This document shows, in pieces, positions 56,484 through 64,000 of a stretch of 64,000 nt of DNA. The notes under the pieces are model-generated. The model was not told the DNA's origin. It saw nothing but the letters and a program-made list of their open reading frames with translations, and did no database searches. The DNA comes from Eledone cirrhosa (taxonomy: Eukaryota), in assembly GCA_964016885.1 (NCBI GenBank), contig OZ024740.1, forward strand, positions 195,610,001 through 195,674,000, in the 5' to 3' direction. A program made the translations under genes and the position numbers. Every line of letters begins with the position of its first letter. Positions within the stretch are counted from its first letter, which is position 1.

Positions 56484-56824
56484 ATCATCATCATTTCATT
56501 TTACGTCCGCTTTTTCCCTGCTTGCAAGGGTGGGACGGGAACTGATTCTGGCTTGATTTCTACAGCTGGATGCCCTTCCTAACACCAACCTCATTTACAG
56601 TGAGTGCTGGGTGCTTTTTTGCCGTGGCACCTCCACGACCACTTTGCAGTGGAATGATATGGACCCAAGTCCCTATTATCTCATTTCTACACCTGAGTAA
56701 ACTGGAGCAATGTGAAATAAAGTGTTTTGCTCAAGGAAGCAACACATCACCCAGTCTGAGAATTGAACTCACAACCTTTTGATTGCAAAGCCAATGCTCT
56801 AAGCACTAAGTCATGTGCCTCCAT
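56484..56824 (-). mobile_element. SINE family 1, full length
   Basis: Reverse complement of 7690-8030. Confidence 0.92.
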
Positions 56825-57436
56825 TATGTATATATCATCAATTAGACCATTTAACGTCCATTTTTCTACACTGGCATCGGTTAGATAAGTTATCCTGTTG
56901 TGAGCAATTCCAGGTGAGATGACCATGTCATGCTCATACAGAACCGATTTTGGCTTGGTTTCTACAGCTGGATGCCATTCCTAGCACCAACCTCATTTAC
57001 AGTGAGTACTGGGTGGTTTTTGTTGTGATGCCTACATGACCACTTTACAGTGTGGGCTGGGCGCTTTTTGGCGTGTTGCCATCCCAACCACTTTACAGTG
57101 TTGGTTGGAGGCTTCACTGGATATATACTTCAGCTTGTCCTCATGGGATATATATATCTCCTTATAATATATAACCAGCAATTTCTCTGTCTGTCTGTCC
57201 GGCAGTGGAAACACGTGCGCGCGTGGTTGCTATCTCTCTCTCTCTAGCTATCCCTCTCTTTTAGTCTGTCTGTTTCTCTCACTCTTTCTCTTTGTAACAC
57301 ACTAAGATTCCTCCCCTCTATCGCTGTGACGATGGGGAGATGGAGGAGGAGGAGGAGGAAGGGAGAGTCACTTCGTCACTTCACCTCTGCCTTTCTTTCT
57401 CTCCCCTCTCACTCCCTTATTACGTACAGACATTAG

Positions 57437-57627
57437 GGCGGTGGATTGGCAGAATCTGTAGAGAGTCGGACACCATGCTTCATAGCATGGAGTTACGTCC
57501 CTTTAAGGTCTGAGTTCAAATACCGCCGAGGTTAACTTTGCCTTTCATCCTTACGGAGTCGATAAAATAAAGTACCAGTAATGTACTGGGTAATTGCTGG
57601 CCTTGTGCCAAAAGTAGAAACAATTAT
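57437..57627 (+). mobile_element. SINE family 2, full length
   Basis: GGGCGGTGGATTGGCAGAATC head, GAGTTCAAATACC B box, GTAGAAACAATTAT end. Confidence 0.9.
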
Positions 57628-57900
57628 AAGAAACATTGCTTCATTTTTACATATCTAAGCATTAGTAAAATAACTAATAATTTCAAAAGTAATTCTTCAA
57701 TTCCAATTGTTATGAACAGCAAAACATTAATAATAATTTTGTTCTAAGAAATATATATACATTTCTGTGTGTGTAATATATATATACACACACAGAAATA
57801 TATATATATATATATACACACAGAAATATATATACATTTCTGTGTGTGTAATATATATATATATATACACACAGAAATATATATACATTTCTGTGTGTGT

Positions 57901-58650
57901 ATCATCATCATCATCATCAGGTTTAGCGTCCGTGTTCCACGCTTGCATGGGTTTGGACGGGGGTTTTCCCACTTGAGGCAAGAGTGGTTGTCTTGCTCGC
58001 ATAGGACTGTCTGGCAGGTTTTCTACAGTTGGATGCCCTTCCTAACACCAACCACATTTACAGTGTGGGGCTGGGAGGTTTTTACCGTGTTGCCTACACG
58101 GCCACATTACAGCGTGGACTGTCTAGCGGGTTTTCTACAGCTGGATGCCCTTCCTAACACCAACCACATTTACAGTGTGGGACTGGGAGGTTTTTACCGT
58201 GTTGCCTACACGGCCACATTTACAGCGTGGACTGTGTGTTTTTTTTGTCGTGACACCTACACGATCTCATTTGTTTCGGCCTGGATGTTGTGGGACCAAC
58301 ATAACTTTACATTGAAAGGGGCGGTGTGGATGGGGTGGAGGTGGTGGGACGGGGGTGTGTTTTGATAGAGATGCCTACTGACTGTAGTAGGTTTTTACTT
58401 TGTATTTAGGTAAGGCGGGTCTTCTCTATTACTGAGTACCGCCAAAGGTCTCGGTCCAGTGACATTGTCTTGGAGAGGTGTAAGCGTGTGAGGTCGGAAT
58501 TTATCAGCTCGTCCCATGTTTTTCTGGGTCTGCCTACTCCGTGGCTACCGTCTATCTTTATTGCCCTGCACTTTGTTATACAGCTGTCGTCTTTCATGTG
58601 ACCGTACCAACGTAGCCTTCTCTCGAGTAAACAACATCTGATCCCTCTTA

Positions 58651-58656
<6 letters not shown>
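57901..58656 (-). mobile_element. RTE-type LINE 3' end (38451 family) with an internal ~110-bp tandem duplication in the UTR
   Basis: ERRLRWYGH..GRPRKTWDEL..EKTRLT*; GGACTGTCT..GGCCACATT block occurs twice. Confidence 0.92.
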
Positions 58657-58699
<43 letters not shown>

Positions 58700-58727
58700 G
58701 AAATATATATACATTTCTGTGTGTGTA

Positions 58728-58759
<32 letters not shown>

Positions 58760-58762
<3 letters not shown>

Positions 58763-59303
58763 GAAATATATGGGCATTTCTCTGTTTGTCTGTCTGTCCT
58801 TCCCTAAAACTCAAATGTAGGTGCTACAGAAATATTACCTTCCTCTTCCTTTCTCCACTTTGGTACTACCAAGAGAAACACTGTTGCTATAGAAACATTA
58901 CCTTCCCCTCTCCACTGACTTTGGTCACTGAGGCCGAGGGAATCGCTGGTTGCTATAGAGACACCTTGCACAAGCCAGAAGTAACCAGTTCGAGGCGGTT
59001 CTGACTTGACACCATGCCAAGGACCATTTGAAGATATATTTCCATCGTTATATCATAACGTTTATGTATCATAACGTTTATATTTCCGTCACTAATCTCT
59101 TTTTCTCCTTTTTCGTTTTAACATATATTTATTTCAAAGATTTCACCGTATAGATAACATATATATTTATACATGCATAAAAAACACACCGAGAGACGGT
59201 GAACATGTGGTGCCGAAAACATTTCTCATCCAAATCTCAACAATATCAGTATATACGCTAGATTTGCTAGCAGAAAACTGCCCACCGGGTGGTTTTCTGC
59301 TAG
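58760..59303 (+). mobile_element. Helitron-type non-autonomous element A
   Basis: ATTTCTCTGTTTGTCTGTCTGTCC 5' region; 3' hairpin CTAGCAGAAAAC..GTTTTCTGCTAG ending in CTAG. Confidence 0.6.
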
Positions 59304-60251
59304 TCTCTATATATATAAAATTCTTTGTCTGTCTGTCTGTCAGTTCCTATGCATTCTCAAATGGCTGGACCAAATCAAATCAAATTTTACAAGGTATTAG
59401 ACCCCAGGAGTGTCAACATGTAATTTTTATTTTCAATTACATTAAAAAAATATAATATTTTATCCAAAATAACATTTCTATAGTGAACTATAGTAAATCA
59501 CGAAGACGACGAGTCACATTTTGTATATGAGGGTGTATGTGCCTGTGAGTATATTTGTGAGTTCGTTATTACATAAGTTGCATACACATTATCTTCACAC
59601 ACAGACAATTAAACACACACACACATCTACACATAGATACATATGTGATGACAGACAGGTGTGCGTGAATGTGTGTATGCCTGTGTGTGTGTCTGTCTTA
59701 GTGAGTGTATGTGAGAGTGTATGTGTGTGTGAGTATGTGTGGGTGAGTGTATGTGTGATAATTTTTATTTTCATTTGCATTAAATCAATAGAAAACAACA
59801 CACCTTCGTCACATTTTGTATATGAATATGTATGTGTCCCTGAGTGTGTGTGCACGTGTTCATTAGGTACGTAATTAAATACACATGTACATCTACTCGT
59901 ATGTAGCAACTGACCAAAAATTAGGTGAAAAGCTGTGTCTGCGTGAATGTATGTGTGTGTGTCTGTCTTAGTATATGTATATGAGAGTATGTGTGTGAGT
60001 GTGTAGCAACATTTTATTCATTTGGAGACCAACAAAAAATTACACAATGAATATTGTTTATCCTAAGGTGCTTCAAAATTGACAGATTCTCATTTCTAAA
60101 TTCTATTATCATTACAATTTTGATATTTTTCTTAATAAAATATAGATATTTTGAAATAATTATGAGAAAAAAAAACATATCTTCATATTTATTGTTTTCT
60201 AATCTGAATAAGAACAGCAGTAACCCAGGCAACGCCAGGTAATTCAGCTAG
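59304..60251 (+). mobile_element. Helitron-type non-autonomous element B
   Basis: 5' TCTCTATATATATAAAA..GTCTGTCTGTC; 3' ACCCAGGCAACGCCAGGT hairpin, then CTAG|T. Confidence 0.8.
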
Positions 60252-60254
60252 TAT

Positions 60255-61992
60255 ATCATCATCATCATTTTACGTCCGCTTTTCCCTGCTTGGAAGGGTG
60301 GGACAGGTTCTATTCAGCACAGCATCTCTCCATTTGTCACGGTCCTTCGTCATCTCCACCGTGAGCTTCAGCGATCTGAGGTCTGCTCTCACCACCTCCG
60401 CCCATGTCTTTCGTGGTCTTCCTCCAACTGGCATTTCTTGGCACTTCTTCACCCATCGGTCATCCTCCATGTGCATCACATGTCCATACCATCTGTGTCT
60501 CCTCTCCCACACACTACAATTTATCCCTCTCAGACACAGTTTCACTCTCAACACATCCATGCTTGGTCGTTTCACGCACATTGACATTGCACATCCAACA
60601 GAGCATGCTTGCCTCATTTCTCTCCAGCCATCGCATATCCTCTTAAGTTGCTGCCCATGTCTCACTACCATGCAGCATCGCGCTCCTCACACAGGCATCA
60701 TATAACCGGCCTTTCGTACGCAGGGAGAAACCCTTCTTCGTCAGCAGAGGAAGTAGCTCCCTAAACCTCTTCCAACCCATCCTTATTCTAGATACTATGG
60801 CCTCGGAATACTAATCTGATCACCTAGGTACCGGAAGCTATCAACCACTTCTATAGCACCCACCTGCATTTGAAAAATGTGTCTGTCAATGCGACTTCTA
60901 CTGTCAAATTTCCCTGTACATCTACTGCATATGTATTTCTTCCTACCTGTTAGTTTTCCTGCTATCCCACTACATCTCTTGTGTACCCAAGATCTGCATT
61001 GTGTACATTTTATAGAATTTATGCCAGTTCCTTTTCTGCATATTGAACATGGCCATTTCCCTGACGGAATCAGAGTTTTGTCCTCTTTTCTACTCATCAA
61101 CACTTTTGTCTTAGCTAGGTTCACTCTCAGTCCTCTTGATTCCAACTGCTGTTTCCATAGCCAGAATTTATTCTCTAACTCTTCTACTAATTCTGCTATA
61201 AGAACCAGATCGTCAGTATAGAGATGTTCCCATGAACAGCCAGTCTTAAACTCCTCTGTTATGGCTTGGAGGACTATAATGAACAAGAGCGGGCTGAGGA
61301 CCGAACCTTGATGTACTCCTACTTGTATCTGGAATTCCTCACTAAACTCCATTCCTACCCTCACTTTACTGACAGCACCTCTGTACAAAGCTTGCACTGT
61401 CCTCACAAGCCATTCCTCAACACCTAGTTTCCTTAGCGACCACCAGATGACAGATCAAGGTACCCTATCAAAGGCCTTCTCTAGGTCAACAAAAGCTAGG
61501 TATAGTGGCTTATTCTTCTCTAAGAACCTCTCTTGTAATTGTCTCACTAAGAAGAGGGCATCTGTTGTACCCTTCCAAGGCACAAAACCAAACTGCATCT
61601 CATCTAGTTTGACCCTTTCTCTAATTAGTTGCGCTTATATCCTTTCTGCCACTTTCATAACCTGATCCATCAGTTTTATGCCCCTATAAGTGCTCCTCTC
61701 CAGAGCATCCCCTTTACATTTGTAGCAATTTATAAGAATACTGCTGCACCAGTCTTTGGGTATGATACTGCCATATATAGCCTGATTGATGATGCGTGCA
61801 ACCAGTTTAGTGCCTACGTCTCCTGATGCCTTCAACATCTCAGCAACTATCCCCCGACAGTCCAGCGGCCTTACCATTTTTCATTTCCTTAATCGCCTCT
61901 TGGACCCTATATCCGTCAATCTCAATAGCTGGTCCCTCTGTCAGATCTACTGAGGGTAATTTCTCTCTCTCCCATTCGTTCTCCACATTCAT
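60255..61992 (-). mobile_element. 5'-truncated RTE-PHD LINE, copy 3
   Basis: YRGIKLMDQVMK, QGSVLSPLLF, LYTDDL, WPCSICRKGTGINSIKCTQCRSWVHKRCSG..YICSRC; GAT tail. Confidence 0.95.
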
Positions 61993-61999
61993 ATGTATA

Positions 62000-62076
62000 T
62001 AGCCAGAATCAGTTCCCGTCCCACCCTTGCAAGCAGGGAAAAAGCGGACGTAAAATGAAATGATGATGATGATGAT
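62000..62076 (+). mobile_element. SINE family 1 3' tail fragment
   Basis: AGCCAGAATCAGTTCCCGTCCCACCCTTGCAAGC..GCGGACGTAAAATGAAATGATG. Confidence 0.85.
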
Positions 62077-63217
62077 ATATATAGGTGGATTCCTGATGTG
62101 TATTGGGAGGTAAGCACAGTTAAAAAAGGTACTCAATACGCTAGTTGAGTAAAGGCATATTTATTTTATTATAGAAATGACTTCTACTGATGATTTCATA
62201 TAAATGAAGCAGTTCTAGTCATGTAGTATTCATTTTATATAGAAATGAAAAAAATAATATAATAATATAAGAATGGTTTTTGTGATGAACAGAAGAGAAC
62301 CACAGTTAAATAACATGCAGTCATTTCTATATGAAATAAATATATACACATATACACATACATACATATATATGTTATTTATCACTTTAGTTGTCAAGGA
62401 TAGAGGTGATTGGTAGATCATTAATATCAATGTACTAAGAATGATCTACACTATTAATACAATGTATTTTCATGCATGCATTTGTCCTGTCTAAACTATG
62501 CCCTAAGATCACGTGAATATGTGATTGATTTGCGTATGTTATTAGTACAGATTTTTTAGGTCTTTGACAAAAGATTTGTGAGGAACAGATTTATTTTTCT
62601 TTATTGCTATGTATTAAATGAAATATCATCAAAATCTGTGAAACCATACTTTAGTTGGTACTTCTGGTAGAAGAATTACAAAAAAAAATTGATGCACACT
62701 TTGTTTTCTTCAATAGAATTATTGAGAAGAAAAAATGAATTTTAGAAATTTAGAAGCATTTCATAACTATAACATACATGAATACGAAATACAAATTTAA
62801 ATAAGTTTAACTATTTGGAAGCCTGACAATGTGTGCAAGATTAAAAGTGCCAAGATAATAGGAGTTATAGAGAATAAAGGACTGAGAAAAGAGTGAGAAC
62901 GGTACCTTAGCAATTTTATTTATCTCAAATATTTTTCAGGTTTAAATCCATTCTCAAGAGAATCCGTTGTAGGTATTTAAAGAGTAATCGGAAAAGAGTT
63001 GTTTTGCTTGCAGATTTAATTTAAATGTATGAAAAAGATGTTAAAATTTAACGTTTTGTACGTGTCCATAGTAAAATACGTGTGAGAATATGTGTATGAT
63101 ATATGTGTGTGTGCAGAGAAAGGCGTGTGAGAATATGTGTATGATAAATGTATGTGTGTACATGAATACATAACACACAAATACAAACACATATATACAT
63201 ATATATAATGTATCTTA

Positions 63218-63433
63218 ACCCTTTTGATAACAAACCACCTGAAACTGGCCTTGGTTTGAAAGCTATTTATTTTTAAGTATTCATAGTTATCTAAAACCTA
63301 CTACAATTTTATGTAAGAGCCTTTGTTAAATTATGTTCCAAACATGAAATAAACAAGATAGTTAGATATATTACTAAATTACTCAAAATTCTTGATTATT
63401 GTCAAAATTATTTGAAAATCATAGGCAAAAGGA
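63218..63433. mobile_element. Degenerate piggyBac-like MITE (related family)
   Basis: TTAA-CCCTTTTG...CAAAAGGA-TTAA. Confidence 0.55.
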
Positions 63434-64000
63434 TTAAATAAAACACTAGATTAACCAGACTGTCAGTGTATAAGACAAAATGGCTTGTAGTATTTAGTTA
63501 TGGCCCACTACATTTTGAGTTCAAATCCCATCAAGGTCAACTTTGACTTTTACTTTCCCAGTATTATAGTTTACACACTCTGGAACCACAATATACTTAT
63601 TCAAACTGCTATATCTAGGAGCATAAGCTCACTCAAATTACAGCTTTGCTATCTTGAAAAGAAAAGAAAACACATTAGATAATGTAGTTCTAGATATACA
63701 ACAGCCAAGAGAAAAACAGGATGGTCATAAATAAAACATCTTTGCCTATAGGTCTGCTAGATCAGGGCTATGTTGTAGCTAAACAACATACTGTTTCAGA
63801 ATAATGACATCATCAATGAGGTAGATATCAAGCTAAGAAAATTTAAGTCAATCATTCAACAGACTCCATATCTACAAGTGTAACTGAAGCACTCAGAGAT
63901 TGAAGCAACTGAATGTATAAGACTGTAGATATTCAATTAATTAAGTTCCCTTAACTGGTGCAGCCAATTTTGGGGGTGCCAATCATGGCATTTCAGTGGG

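Noticed and set aside
60255-62076. Apparent terminal inverted repeats around LINE copy 3
   Set aside because: The right-hand repeat is a SINE 3' tail that shares sequence with the LINE tail

Overview
AT-rich, microsatellite-laden eukaryotic DNA that is intergenic or intronic. The tRNA-derived SINEs, RTE LINEs and (TA)n/(CA)n load resemble a cephalopod (octopus-like) genome; this is an inference, not a database result. I found no intact host protein-coding gene, and most of the six-frame ORFs are translations of simple repeats. The window opens with a ~4.7 kb ~40-bp minisatellite spanning a 200-N gap. The rest is a nested mosaic of transposon remnants: several RTE-clade LINEs (one family with a PHD-like Cys/His finger inside the RT region, one copy with a 5' inversion), a 5'-intact but RT-less Tx1/L1-like element, a second decayed Tx1-like ORF1, a CRE-clade RLE fragment, Penelope-like fragments, Helitron-type elements, piggyBac-like and pogo-like MITEs, and at least three SINE families. 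The best leads are a type I hammerhead-like ribozyme after a Penelope-like C-terminus (22549-22599), a two-copy hairpin element with compensatory changes (9181-9282, 18635-18717), a two-copy 150-nt block-conserved element, several long foldbacks, and a few candidate exons. I cannot support a wholly new multi-gene system here.
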